Origin: Chiloscyllium plagiosum
Lineage: Eukaryota
Direction of reading: 5' to 3'
Assembly (NCBI RefSeq): GCF_004010195.1
Contig: NC_057720.1
Location: forward strand, 35,851,345 to 35,915,344
Length of the DNA: 64,000 bases
Below are positions 41,142-54,758 of this stretch, in pieces. The translations under genes and the position numbers were made by a program. Position 1 is the first letter of the stretch; each line of letters opens with the position of its first letter. The notes under the pieces were generated by a model. It was given only the letters and a program-made list of their open reading frames with translations, made no database searches and had not been told where the DNA came from.

Positions 41142-43299
41142 TGAAAATCAAAGGATACTTGAAATCTTACAGATGGCTTTCAGCCTAGTATCGTGATACA
41201 CGTAGATAGATGTCACCAGACACATGCAGTTGTCACTGGGTTCTTTTCAGAAGTAGTCGTTCAGGCTCTGTCCAAATAGGTTTTCCAGAAGCCTTACAGG
41301 AGAATTGCTCCATCAGTCTTTTTAACTCTATTGTTCAACTCTCGATGTTTTCTCAAAGGTTGCAAAGAATGAATTGGTTAGCACAATCTTGACAACCCAC
41401 ATCTAACTGACCTTTCCAAACTCCACCCTCAAATGTTCTGACAGAATTAAATCCAGACATGTGACTACTCAGTAACACTTCCAAGCATAGTGTGTATGGC
41501 TCTGGTTGTTTACTTTTAAAAAAAATTGAGTCATCGGATGTGGGCATCGTTAGCTCGCCAATGTTTATTGCCTGTCTCTAGCTGCCCTTGAGAAGGTGGT
41601 GATGAGCTGCCTTCTGGAACTGCTTCAGTAGGTTGATCTACAATGCTCTCGGAGAGGGAATTCCAGGATTTTGACCCAGTGACAGTGAAGGAACTTCGTT
41701 TAGTTAATTCTTCCATTTGGGTTTTTAAAAGTGTAATTCGGACACCATCTATGAGAAGGACAAGGCCAGTCATCATCCAATCTTCCAAATGAATCAATGT
41801 TCACAATCTTCTGAGCACAAATCTTCAAAACATAAACACAATAGAAGCACCTATATAAAAGTGCAAAAATAATTCATTACCATGACACCAGAAATGAGAT
41901 GATCAATGTATCAGGAAAGGCTGATCAGGCTGGATTTTTTTTTTCCCTTTAGAAAAGATTAGCCTGAAGGAGTGACCTAATAAAAGCCTTTTGTATCATG
42001 AAAGCATGTGACAGAGTGGATGGAGAGGAAATGTTTCCATTTGAAGATGAGTCCCAAGCTAAAGCAATAAATGTAGGATAGTCACTAATGAATCAAAAGG
42101 AAATTCAGCAGAAATGTCTCTGCAAAGAATATGGTCAGAAGGTGAAATCTAGGAGTAACTGCAGAAATAAGGACTAGATAGGGAAAATATTATAGATGAG
42201 GATATGAAGGAGAAAGGAATAAAAAATTATGCTGATTGGGTTAGGTGCAGATGGGTCAGAGGAGACTTAAATGGAACATAAAAGTCTGCATTGACTCATT
42301 GAAACAAATTGCACGTTTCTTTGATATAAAACAATTAAAGTAACAGACCCCAGAAATGTAACAATATCTAAATTATTAGCTGAAGTAGGCCATTTGGCCC
42401 TTTTTGAGCTTGCTTCACCATGCCATAAGACCATGGCTAATCTGTTTATATTTTGAATTCTACATTTCCATCTACCCTAATAATCTGAGATTCCCTTGCC
42501 ACAACATTTATTTATTGTTTTAAAAATATTCGATGTCTGTTTCCATTGCCTCTGTGTTAGAGGTTTTGAAAGTCACAAAATCCAATGCAAGGGCTACTTT
42601 CTTTTGTCCTCTTGTTGATTTCTTTTTCCTGAGGTCCTTACACACTTGATGCAACACACCAACTTCTGTGAACAAGCAACCAAATTTTATGAAGCACAGT
42701 ACAATATAAGCTTTGGACAAACTCTGAACACTCCGCCATGCTTGTGAGTCATGTCCAGGGGTCTCTCCCTGAACAAAGGAAACAGTCCTTCCTTTATACA
42801 AAATCTTTACGTCACAGTTAGTAAAGAACACAAAACAGCCCCCAGTCACTCCCTCAGTTACATGCCACTCAAGGTACAATGCCTTTCTGCCCAAATTATC
42901 CTTTAATGGATAATCTGGTATGAATTGTATTTTTTAGCTACAGGGAGTAGTCAGAATTCCAACTATAATGTTCTTATTGTTTTTATCCCCGATTCAGAAA
43001 TCAATGTAAATCATCCCTGAATAGCAAGGGAATGGCCGTGTAAATTTACTTACATTCTAACTATAAGACAAAAACACACAACCCTACCCCTGGGGCATTC
43101 AATTTCTTGCAGGTCAGTAGAGCAAATTAACTATTTAATATCACACTCTAATTTTCCAACTGTGCACCCAAGACCTCTCCACAGGAAAACAACATCCTTT
43201 TAACAGCCACATTTCTGAGACCCTTCAGGACTTTATTTTCTTCAGTCTAGTCATCTCTAACTTTTTTTAACTGCAGTGTGAGATCAAACCCAGACTGTC

Positions 43300-44300
43300 A
43301 ACTTTTCCTCGTAAGATAACTTGTACATTCCAGGTATCAATCCAGCCTTCCTAAAACAAGACACTAAAACTGCACAGAGTGTTCACGATGTGGTCTCACC
43401 AATTCCCTACATAACTTAAACAGTGCAACATTTATGTTCAATTCCTTGCATAATAAAGGATAGCACAATTAGGAAACCTCATTCCTTACTCTACATGGTT
43501 ATATTACTTCTATAGTTACCTTCTGTGACACTTGTATTACAACATTTACATCCCTGTACACCTCAGAATCTGCAGTTGTTCTCCATTTAAATCATATGCA
43601 GGATTTTTTATTCTTTCTGCCAAAGTGAACAGCTTCACACAAATCCACTCTCACTTAACTATATTAATCTGCAACCTTGTTCTTTCCTCTTCAAAACATA
43701 CGTTCCTACTTATCTTTGTGATATCTGCAAATTTATCAACCATGTTTTTACACCCCTCATCTTGGTCATTGGTATAAATTATAGAAAGTTGAGGCCTTGG
43801 CACAGAACATTTGGTATTCACTTGTCACATCTGCCAATTGGAAAGAGATGCATTTGTGTAAGCTCTTGTTTTCAGCCAGCCAGTCAATCTCCTAAAAATG
43901 CTACAATTTTGTCTGATACATCTTGAGCTCCTATTTTATGCAATAACACTTATTGTGGAATCTTATCAAGTGCCTTCTGGATATCAAATTAGAGCAGATC
44001 AGTGGGCTTTCCTTTATCCATGGTGCACATTACTCCTTCAAAAAGCTCCAATAAATTGAGTAAACATGGTTTCCCTTTCACAAAACCATGCCTACTCTGT
44101 CTGATTAGTTTGAGTTTTTCTAAGTGCATAGCTATAATGTCAATGATCAATTTTAACACCTTCCTCACAATAGATCTGGAGCAAATTGTTCTATAATTTA
44201 TGTTTTTCTGCCTCCCTCCCTACTTGAATAGAGTGATTTATTTTCTATTTTCCAATCCTTTCCACACAGAGAATTTTGGAGAATTAACACACTATGTTTA
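43300..44300 (-). mobile_element. Old CR1 LINE RT fragment
   Basis: Reverse-complement motifs HGFVKGKPCLLNLLELF, DIQKALDKIP, KFADITK. Confidence 0.75.
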
Positions 44301-44987
44301 CTATGAGCCACATCAGTTCCCCTTTTGCTCTTAGCTTCTCTTTACTATCCCCTCAACATATTCACGCAATAGCCCTTTTTGTAATTGTGCCTCCCAACTC
44401 ACTCAGTTCTCTCTCTACCCAACCCCTACCATTATTCACTCCTTTGTACCTTTGTAAGGCAGCTTCATTAGGTTGATCGCTCACTTGAATTGGCCAACTC
44501 TTCTCTTCCCACTGTCACATTGGTACCTGGGCACATGTGTTGTCACTATCTTTAATGCTGCTTGTTGCTTGTTATTGTTCCCTTCTGTACTTGCTTCTAA
44601 TAGGCACTGCTGCAACTCAGTTGTGCGCCTATTTGCAGCAAGCATGGACAAGAACAACCTGTGATTGGAGAAAGTGAGTGGCCATGCATGAATCTGAGTA
44701 CCAGAGACGCTTGTGTTGGAAATCCCAATAAACTTCTCTGAAAATTTGCCTTTATGTAATGAAAAGTAACCCCTAGACACATGTTATAAACCCAGGGGTA
44801 TGTTAACCTATTTTGGGAACCATTGCAGTGAGGATATAGAAATTTCCTCTAATTAAATATTAAGAACATGAATTTCATTGCTTTGTGGTGTTGTGATGAA
44901 AGGTGTATGGTTGGATGTTGATATCATTCTTTTTAAAGGTTTGAGTGTTGATCTATTTTTTGTGAAGGGGTTTAATAAATAAATAAA

Positions 44988-45688
44988 TCGGCATTCAGGA
45001 GCGACCATTCCCTCCGCGACTCCCTCGTCAGGTCCACACTCCCCGACCAACCCAACCTCCACTCCCGGCACCTCCCCCTGCAACCACAAGAAATGCAAAA
45101 CCTGCGCCCACACCTCCCCCTTCACTTCCCTCCAAGGCCCCAATGGATCCTTCTATGTCCGTCGCAAATTCACTTGCACCTCCACGCACATCATTTACTG
45201 TATCCGCTGCACCCGATGTGGTCTCCTCTATACTGGGGAGACAGGCCGCCTACTTGTGGAACGTTTCTGGGACACCCGCACCAACTAACCCAACCACCCC
45301 ATGGCTGAACACTTGAGCTCCCTCTCCCACTCTGCCAATGACATGCAGGTCCTTGGCCTCCTCCATCGCAGACCCTGGCCACACGACACATGGAGGAAGA
45401 GTGCCTCATCTTCCGCCGAGGAACCCTCCAATCACACGGGAAGAATGTAGATTTCTCCAGCTTCCTCATTTCCCCTTCCCCCACCTTATCTCAGTCCCAA
45501 CCCTTGGATTCAGTTCCACCCTCTTGACCTGCAATCGTCTTCCCGACCTCTCTGCTCCCACCCCCTCTCAGCCCGCTTGGCACACCAGCCTCATTCCTGA
45601 AGAAGGGCTTATGCCCGAAACGTCAATTCTCCTGCTCCTCGAATGCTGCCTGTCCTGCTGTGTTTTTCCAGCACCACATTTTTCAACT
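44988..45688 (+). mobile_element. Neptune-like PLE 3' fragment (Cys-rich linker + GIY-YIG + pLTR)
   Basis: PCNHKKCKTCAH...FTCTSTHIIYCIRCTRCGLLYTGETGRLL; ends in the same pLTR sequence as the mini elements. Confidence 0.88.
45593..45628 (+). ncRNA. Minimal type-I hammerhead ribozyme motif with intact core boxes
   Basis: attc-CTGAAGA-a-gggc-ttat-gccc-GAAAC-GTC-aatt; palindromic ACGT helix III, GUC triplet, weak helix I. Confidence 0.75.
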
Positions 45689-46080
45689 ATCCTATCTACT
45701 TGCATGGTCACTTTCAGAGAGCCATGGACTTGAACCCCAAGCTCCCTCTGACATTAACTGTATACGTTGCCTTAACCTTTGATCTCCCAAAGTGCAGCAT
45801 CTCACACTTACCTGGATTAAACTCGACCTGCCATTTTTCTGCCCGTATCCCTCTGTATCCTTTGACAACCTTCTACACTATCCACAACTCCACCAATTTT
45901 TTGATCATCTGCAAGCTTACTAACCCACCCATCTACATTTTCATCCAAGTCATTTATATATACCACAAACGGCAGAAGTCCTGGTATGGATTCCTGTGGA
46001 ACACCACTAATCATGCACCTCCAGGCAGAAAATTACCCACCGTTATCCTTTGCCTTCTATGGGCAAGCCAATTCTGAATT
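45689..46080 (-). mobile_element. CR1 LINE RT fragment
   Basis: Minus frame SGVPQESIPGLLPFVVYINDLDENVDGWVSKLADDQKIGGVVDS. Confidence 0.85.
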
Positions 46081-47203
46081 ATGTTGACTCTTTGTGTCAT
46101 TGAGATTTCCTTCTTGTATGAAACCTTAGATTTTATTCCTTTATGCGATATGTCATAGTTTCTCATTTGCGTTGTAAACTCATGGGTGACACAGACAACT
46201 TCTTATATTTCATCTTAAGCTGTTACATCTATAACAATGTTTGTTTCTGAATGAAAAAAACAAGAATTCTTATGAAGTTTATGCTTGGATAAGAAACTTT
46301 GGCACTGAAGAATAATATTCATTGTGAACCTATTTTGTGTTGGAAACAATGGTTTTGCCAAACTAAATTAATTTTTGTCAGCAAAACAATAAATAGTTTA
46401 TTGCAGCATGTTCACATCTATTTGATATTTTGTTTCAACAGATCAGTAAATAATTTGTTTCTGCTATTAAGATTAATCTTAATTATTAATGTAATGCAAG
46501 TCGACTTGTATGCAAGTTGGAACACAATGCAGGACACTATAAAGTGGCCATTCATAAGTACAGCAAATGTTATGTGACGACGGACCTTTAAATGACACCC
46601 CTGGATGGGATTGCTTTCATAAGTTGGGGGCCCCCTATAGAATTAATTTTGAATTGACATTTATTTTTCTGTATCGTAAGACCAGAACATAAACATAAGA
46701 AATAAGTGGAGGAGTTGACCATTTGACCTCTTGAGTTTGCTCTACAATTCAGTAAGGGAATGGCTGATCTGATTGTGGCCTCAATGCCACTCTCCTGACT
46801 CTCCCTTGTTAATATATCTGGGCTGAACAGAAGAGAACTAACAACCATGTTAGTGTATTCTTCTTACTATATGCTTTTCAGAAGAGTAAGAAGCTCGGTA
46901 AAGTTGCAGAGGTAGCACTCTTAACCAAAGATGGCATTGGTGCAGTCATTAGAAATGACCTTGGTTCAGGAAATCAGGTTGAAGAATTGTGTTGGGTGGA
47001 CATGATGAATAGTAAGGGAACGATGACACCAGTAGAAGTGGGCTATAGGCCTCTGAATAGTAACCATGATGTGGAATGGAATATACAAGGTGAAATATTG
47101 TCTGTATGTAATAAGGGAAGAATCGGAGTGATTTGACTCTGTAAATCAACTGGAAAAAATAGAATTGACAATGATAGCCTGGATGAGGAATCCAAAAGCC
47201 TTT

Positions 47204-47424
47204 TGAAATAACTCCACAGAGGCAGGTGCCTGTCACCAAGTCACCCTTTGTTCACTAGTGCACAGTACACTGGCTGTGTCAAGCCAGCTCAGAGTCAGTC
47301 TTCGGTTGAGAAGATTCTAGTCTCTTGCTTATATTGGTCAGACAAAGCTTTTCTAATTGGGGCTGTTAACCTGGGCCAACCAAGAACCTCAGTAAACGAG
47401 GTCCACCTGGTCCCAGTCACCACA
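47204..47424 (-). repeat. 3' LTR of the Gypsy element
   Basis: Direct repeat of 51234-51446 (tgaaataact...ctggtccca...aca). Confidence 0.9.
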
Positions 47425-50400
47425 TTTCTCTACCCACTAAGTCAGGGATGTAGGCCTGGTCTCTCGCTTGAAGCTTCTCTTGCGATGTTTTTATTCCAGG
47501 TCCGGTTCCTCTGACTTGGAAACAAGCAGCTCGTTCTAGACAGTGGTCCGTCTCCAGTGTCTGGAATGTTTTGGAGAGTTTCCTCCTCTTCCAGAGACAA
47601 CGATATTGAGGCTGCATCCATTTCAGACTCTGAAGTTTCCTTGACACTAGACTGAGGGGGAGCACTTGCGGTTTCTCCCAGGCCTACTGGCTTTTTGGAG
47701 GGGACAGGTATGTTTTGTTTCTGCCCCATCTGCGAGGTAACAGCTTTCAGGTGATCCATGGTTTGTTTAGGACTGTATCACCTACCTGAACCTTGTAAGT
47801 CACAGGACCTGACCTTGCGTCAACCTCACCTTGTATTCATACAGGGCAATTTCCAAGGTTCCCGTTCCAAACTTCATCCCTGAATTCAATTATCTTCCAG
47901 GTCTAGAATTATCAAGTTTTTAACCTGGTACGGAATCTTCTCCCCATCGGCAGTTATGCTGGAGCTATCCCCCCTGTTGCCCTATAATTTAGCAGGAACT
48001 GGGATAGTTTAGTATAAATTGATGTTGTAGGCTGTGTCTTTAAGCCTGCCTTCAATGTTTGGACTGCTCCTTCTCCTCGAAAGGACAGCTCCATACCATC
48101 CATTGCACTTATGTGCCAAAAGCTTTTGGACCCAAGGGAATATTCAAATTCCCTGCTGATAAATGAGGTCCCATTGTCTGTGACCAATACTTCTGGGAGT
48201 CCGTGTATCAGGAATGATGTTCACAGTTTCTCAATCATCATCCCGGAGTTTGCTGAATGAATGTTATGCACATCCAACCACTTTGACCAGGAACATTGAG
48301 CTCATGGAAGGACCAGCCTAGTCGACATACAAATGAGTCCAGGGTTTATCTGGCCATTCCCATGAATGTGGGGCTGCTGCTTGTGGCAATTGTTCTTGTT
48401 GACACTCTGGGCACTGCCCCACCAACACAGCTATGTCAGTATCCAACATTGGCCACTAGACATAGCTTCTTGCCAGCATCTTTATCTTGGAAACCCCAAA
48501 TGGCCCTGGTGGAGTTCAGCCATTATCTGATGGCGACTTATACTGGGGACAATCACACTTGCTCCCCATAGTAATATGCTGTCCTCTTTGGTGATCTGGT
48601 CCCGCCGAGTCTAGAAAAGGTTTCAATCCTGATTGTGATGCCCCTTTGGTTTCTTCCATTACCACCTGTTGTTTTAGCTTCACTTGGACAGGATCATTTT
48701 GTCCAAAAACAATCTGTTCCAGTGGAGGCAGCACCGGTGGAGTATCTACCAGTGGGAGGCAGCTGAAGGCATCCACGTTCGCCGCCTGGCTTCCTGGACA
48801 GTGTTTTAACTTGTACATACTGAGAATAAAGGCCCAGCATTGAATTCTACTAGAAGATGTGGGTGGCACTGCCTTGTCTTCCTCCTAGCAGGGGTTTGTG
48901 ATCTGTTACTATGACAGATATCTGCCAGTAAAGGTACTGGTAGAACTTCCTCACACCAAAGACAACCACTAACCTTTCCTCCTCTGTCTGGGCGTACTTG
49001 CATTCTGCATCAGCCAAAGTCCAAGAAACATACACTATCAGACATTCCTCTCTGTTGGGCCACCAGTGAGTCAACACTACCTCAATACCATACAGGAAAG
49101 CATTGCATGTTAGCACTACTTCTCACTTCGGATCATTGTGAGCTAACACCTTAGACAATATAGCTGCTTTTTGGCTTTGTGACTAATTCCAAGGCTGACC
49201 CTTTTTCAATAGCAGGTGCAAGGCTGCCAAGATGACGACTAGGTGACGAACGAATTTTCCATAAATAATTCACTAACCTAAGGAAAGCTCTAAGCTCCTT
49301 TTGATGAGGTGGGGCTCCTTTGATCACCCAAACTTATCGGTTTTGTCAACTCTGTAACCTAAGTAGGTCACTTTGGGTGCCTGGAATTCACATTTTTCCC
49401 TAAGGCAAACGCCTACCTGGAAGAAATGTTTAAGTACTATGTCCAAGTTCTCCAAGTGCTCTTTATTGGTCGGTCTTGTTATTAGTACATCATCTAGATA
49501 AGTGCCATCCTCGGGTAGCCCTTGTAAAATGTTCTCCAAATGGCATTCTTGTGTATTGATATAGATCCTTATGAGTATTACTTGTAATATAGTTCTGGGA
49601 CTCTTCATCCAGTCACAATTGTAGGTAGGCATGGCTTATGTCCAGCTTTGTAAAGGACAGCCTCCCCTGCCAATTTTGCCTATACATTCTCTGGTATTTA
49701 TCCAGCTGTGAGAAGCGCTTTACCGTTTGCTTAAAATTCCCACAAAGGCGAACTGAGCCGTTAGGCTTCACAATCAGTATGACCAGTGCAGCCCATTCTG
49801 CAAGCTGTATTGGTTTGATGATTCCTTCACATTCCAGTCTCCTGATTTTCCACTGTACTTTTTCCCGCAGGACAAATGGCACTTGGCAGGTCTTGCAAAA
49901 TCTCAGAATTTCTCCTGGTCTACATGTAAAATGGCTTTGGCCCCTTTGATAGTCCCAAGCCCTTCCTGAAAATCTCCTTACACTAAAACTTCACTGAAGC
50001 AGCCATTTTCCAATCGAAAAATGTTGTGTCAATCTAAGTGATTTTTTTCTCAACCAGTCAGTCCCAACAGTGGTAACTACACCAACTGCTTCTCGTAGGG
50101 AACTGGAACCAAAATCATGCCCTTATTTTACAATGATTCACGAGTGTATGTTCTCAGTCTGGCCAAGTTCTTTCGTAAGTTTAAAGATTGGAGTCCCGAG
50201 GGAATCTTGAACAAGACAGATTCTGCATCCACAGATACAGCTGTGCCGGTATCAACTTCCATGGGAACTGGGTAACCATTTAACCAAACATTACTTTTAA
50301 TTGGCTCCAATGTGGGTGTCACCAAGCAATTTAATTGTTCCAACCCATATGTAGGGTAACTTTCCAAGGTTACACTCTCTCTGATACTGGTCTACAAGCT

Positions 50401-51233
50401 TTCTTATTCAAGTCGAGCCTTGTAGGACTCCTTTGCTGTCTTGAGTCCGCATACTGGCAGTGGTACAACAATGGCTCATCAGCCCAGATCCTGAAGAACT
50501 GTTTAGCCACTTGGCTGAGGCTTGGCTTTGTTGTGGGGTTCTGCTGTGGACTGGCCCTCTGCTCAGGACATGCCCTGTGTGAGGTCTGCGATTACCCATA
50601 CTCAAGTGTTGTTCCCCAAGCTCAGTCAGACAGGTGAGGGTGTCCACTTCCATTGGGATGCTTTGTAGCTCCCATGCTCCACTTGCCATGTTTTCTAATG
50701 ACAAAGCTAGCTGTAGTGCCTGTTTGAAGACCAGTTGGGCTTCAGCTCACTTCTGCATGATTACATCATTAATTCCACATACCAAACAGTCTCCCAGGAT
50801 CTCATTCAGGGTTAATCCTCTGCCAATCATTGTCACCTCAGAAATCCTGTTATCGATTCCCCAAGCTCTCTAACAGCCAAATGAAACAAATAGCATCTCA
50901 GGATTAGAGGAGGTTTGGGGTCATAATATTCCTTAACAAACTGTCAACTCTTGGAAGATTTTAGTGTTTGGTGCCTCTGGGACAGTTAAGCCCCTTATAA
51001 CTGAAAATACTGTGGGTCCACATGCAGTTAGAAGGATCTCTCGTTGCGCCAATTTCATTTGGCCGGAAAAAATATCGCATTCGTTCCATATGCCAGGTCC
51101 AGTCTTCGACAGCAGTTCAAAAGCGTCCAGCTTCCTAAATAGAGGTGTGATGACAGAAATACTTACTCCAACTATAAGATGACAGTTGCAAGCAAATATT
51201 CTTCAGGCATGTCCTGTTATCTCCCGTCACCAC

Positions 51234-51446
51234 TGAAATAACTGCACAGAGGCTGGGTCCCATCCCTTTATTTACTAGTGCACAGTACACTGGCTATCAT
51301 CAGCCAGCTCAGAGTCAGTCCTGAAATGCGGAGATTCTAATCTCCTGGTTACATTGGTCAGCCAAAGCTTTCCTAATTGGGGTTGTTAACCTGGGCAAAT
51401 CAAGAACTTCATAATCAATGAGATCTACCTGGTCCCAATCATTACA
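51234..51446 (-). repeat. 5' LTR of the Gypsy element
   Basis: Direct repeat of 47204-47424, adjacent to the PBS. Confidence 0.9.
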
Positions 51447-51605
51447 TATTTCATATAGTTTCTTAACACATCACATTCTGGAATCAACCAGACAGCAGGG
51501 TTAATTCATGATCTTAATGGAAAGGCACTTTCCTTTAGGTACCTGAGTTCATAAGATGAATAAATTTGGAAGAGAGAAAATTGGGTTTAATACTGGTATT
51601 TTATA

Positions 51606-51806
51606 AACAAAAGCAGAACTGGCTGGAAAGGCTCAGCAGCTCTGTGGAGAGGAATCAGAGTTAATGTTTTGGATCCAGTGACCCTTCCTCATTCAACCCG
51701 AAAAATTAACTGATTTCTCTCGATAGATGCTGCCAGACCTGCTGAGTTTTTCCAGCAATTTCTGTTTGTGTTTCTGATTTACAACATCCATGGTTCTTTT
51801 GGATTT
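51606..51806. mobile_element. Fold-back mini PLE insertion, second subfamily
   Basis: TSD tactggtattttata at 51591-51605 and 51807-51821; inverted arms meeting at gtgacccttcctca. Confidence 0.8.
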
Positions 51807-51821
51807 TACTGGTATTTTATA

Positions 51822-52724
51822 GGAGAAAGTGAGGACTGTAGATACTGGAGATCAGAGTCGAAAGGTGTGGCGTACAGGCAGCATCCAAGGAGGACAAGAA
51901 TCATTTTTTTTTGGGGGGGAGAGAAGGCATAAGCCCTTCATCGAGGAGGAGGAAGGAGGCTGAGAGATAAATAGGTGGAGGGGGTGGAGATGGGGCAGCA
52001 GGTAACTGGGAAGGCAGTAGATGGTTGCAGGTGGGTGATTATAATAGATTGTTGGGGAGAGTGGAGTAGGTAGATGGGAAGGTCAAGATGGACAGGTAAA
52101 GAGGATGGTGCTGGTTTGGATCTGGGATGAGGTGTGGAAAGGGGAAATTTGGAAACTAGTGAAATCGATGTTGATGCTGTGTGGTTGAAGGGTCCCAAGG
52201 CGTAAGATGAGATGTTCTTCCTCCAGTCATTGGGTGGCTTGGATTGGTGGTGGAGGAAGCTCAGGACTTGCATGTCCGCACTCCCACTCCACCAAAGATA
52301 TGCAAGTCCTGAGCCTACTCTACTGCCAAATCCAAGCCACACAACGACTGGAGAAAGAATGTCTCATCTTCTATCTTGGGATCTTTCAACCACATGGCAT
52401 CAACAACAACTTCACTAGTTTCCAAATCTCCCCTTTCTATAACTCATCCCAGATTCAATCCTCCAACTCGGCACTGCCCTCTTGACTTGTCCGACCTGTC
52501 CGTCTTCCTCCCCACTGATCTATTATAATCACCCCCATCTGCATCCACCTGTCACGTTCCCAGCTACCTTTCCCCACGCATTCACCTTCACCCTCCTATT
52601 TATCTCTCAGTCCCATCCCTCCTCCCCACATTCATGATGAAGAGATTATGCCTGAAACATATACTTTCCTGCTCCTCGGATGCTGCCTGACCTGTTGTGC
52701 TTTCCAGAATCTCACTTTTTGACA
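51822..52724. mobile_element. Neptune-like PLE with long inverted arms (- strand 51822-52275; + strand 52276-52724)
   Basis: ggaaggactt-type pLTR head ggagaaagtgaggactg, GIY-YIG tail in both orientations around 52270, degenerate hammerhead at about 52635-52662, followed by gtattttata. Confidence 0.8.
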
Positions 52725-53429
52725 CAAGTATTTTATACTTGGGTAATGACAGGCAACAGCATTGAAAGACTGGAATGTAGAAAGTAGAAGTAGGATTAGG
52801 CCTTCGAGCCTGCACTGCCATTCTGTATAACTATTGCTTATCATCTAACTCAGTAGCCTATTTCCACTTTCTTCCCATTCCTTTTGATCCCTTTGACCCT
52901 AAGGATTATGTCTAATGTCTTCTTGAAGCCATTCAATGTTTTGGCCTTGACCCCTTTGTGGCAGAGAATTCCACAGTCTCCACTCACTGGATGTAGAAAT
53001 TTTTCCTTGTCTCAATCCCACATAAACTACCTCCTATCCTTCGAATGTGTCTCTGGTTCTGCACTTCCTGGTCATCAGCAAATCCTTCCTGCATTTACTG
53101 TGTTTAGTTCTGTTAGAACCTTTGTAGGTTTCTCTGAGAGAACCCCTTATTCTTCTAAACTCTTGTGAATAAAGTCCTAATCAATCTAGTCTCTCTCCAT
53201 ACTATCCCAGCAATCAATCTTTGTTGCACTTCCTTCATAGCTGGAACATCCTTCCTCGGATGCAGCGACTGAAATTCCACACAGTACCCCAGATGTGATC
53301 CCATGGTCTTGTACAAACATGAAAGCTGAGATGACTGAAATGAATTGGGCTAATGTCGAGCAGATAGATCAATCGATAAGCAGAGGCAAATGTTAACAGA
53401 TATTTCAGCATAAGTATATTCCTACGATG

Positions 53430-54758
53430 AAGAAAAAATGTAAAGGGAGGACCCACCATTGTGGTTAATTAAGGAAATTGGGGAAAACATCAAACTTAAG
53501 TTTCTAAAAAAAAAACAAGTAACGGTGAGTGGCAGGATAGATAATTGGTCAGAATATAAAGAATGGCAGAGGAGGACTACAAGATTAAGCAAGAAAAAGA
53601 AACTAGTGTGAGAGAACGCTAGCTATAAATGTGAAAATGGATAGCAAACATTTCTACATGTGTTTAAAAATGAAGCAAGGAACTGTACATCAGGAGGTGG
53701 AGGAAGAGAGGAATTTGGTGAAATTGCTATTACTAGGGAAGTGATACTGAGCAAATTGTTGGAGCTGTGGAACGATAAATCTTCAGGTCTTAAAGCAGCT
53801 AACAAGTTTGTAGATGTATTAGAATTACATTTTCAGAATTTGTTTGATTATTGGACTATTCCAGGAATAGTGGGAAGGCAGAAAATCAAAGCTATAAAAA
53901 AGTTAGCCCAATATCTATCACAGGAGATTATTAGGGAACCTATAGCTGCAAATTTAGAAACATCCAAATCACTTGTGAAGATTTAGCATGGTTTTGTTAA
54001 AAGGAAATCATGATTAACCAGTTTACTGGAGTTCCTTGAAGGTGTGGATAAAGAAGGGTCCACTGATGTACTGTACTTCAGTTTCTAGAAGGCATTTGAC
54101 AGCATGCCACATCACAAGTTATTATCAAAATAGTAGCTCATTGTGGAAAGATTAACAAACTAGTATCAACAGAAAATTGACTGGCTGGCAGAAAACACAA
54201 AATACACTTAAATAGGTCTTTTTCTGATCAACAGGATGTAACAAGTGGGATCCCATAGGAATCTCTTCCAGGTCCTCAACATTTTACTGTTTAAATCAAT
54301 GACTTAGATGAGGGGAGCAAATGCATTGTAGCTAAGTTTACAGATGTCACGAAACCGATTGGAAAGACTTGAGCAGAGGATAGAACAAGGTTGCAGACCT
54401 AACTAGATGAGAAACATGAGTTGTCAAAAATCTGCCAAATGGACTATAACATGGGGAAATCTGAAATCATTTACTTAGAGATGAAGTGTTTTCAAAAAAA
54501 GTGTTACTTAAAGGGAGAATGACTGCAGAATTCTGAGGTGCAGAGAGATCTAAGTGTTCTGATACATGAGTCATAAAACGTTAGTTGCAGGTATGGCCAG
54601 TAATTAAGAAATCAAAAGTGATGCTATCCTTTATTAAACGAGGAGTTGATGTTCTGTTTCAGTTCTACAGGGTGTAGGAGCGATTACACCTTGAATGCTA
54701 TGTGCCATTTTAGCCTTTTTAAGGAAGGATCAAAAATGTAGTACATAATTCAGAGCAG
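53430..54758 (+). mobile_element. Old CR1 LINE RT fragment
   Basis: HGFVKRKS*LTSLLEFL, FQKAFD-like, KFTDVTK and QRDLSVL remnants. Confidence 0.75.

Larger units (their letters stand above)
47204..51446 (-). mobile_element. Decayed full-structure Ty3/Gypsy LTR retrotransposon (Mag-like; gag-PR-RT-RH-IN)
   Basis: Two ~215-220-bp TG..CA LTRs; PBS tggtgacg on the minus strand next to 51233; polypurine tract agtgggtagagaaa next to 47425; MEVDTGTAVSV, KPNGSVRLCGNFK, YLDDVLIT, TDHKPLLG and VTDNGTSF motifs in Gypsy order. Confidence 0.92.

Noticed and set aside
42490..43200. Possible solo LTR interrupting a CR1 fragment
   Set aside because: No second copy, termini or TSD identified.
44481..44780. 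99-aa minus-strand ORF as a possible exon
   Set aside because: No similarity I recognise to RNF220, ERI3 or any domain.
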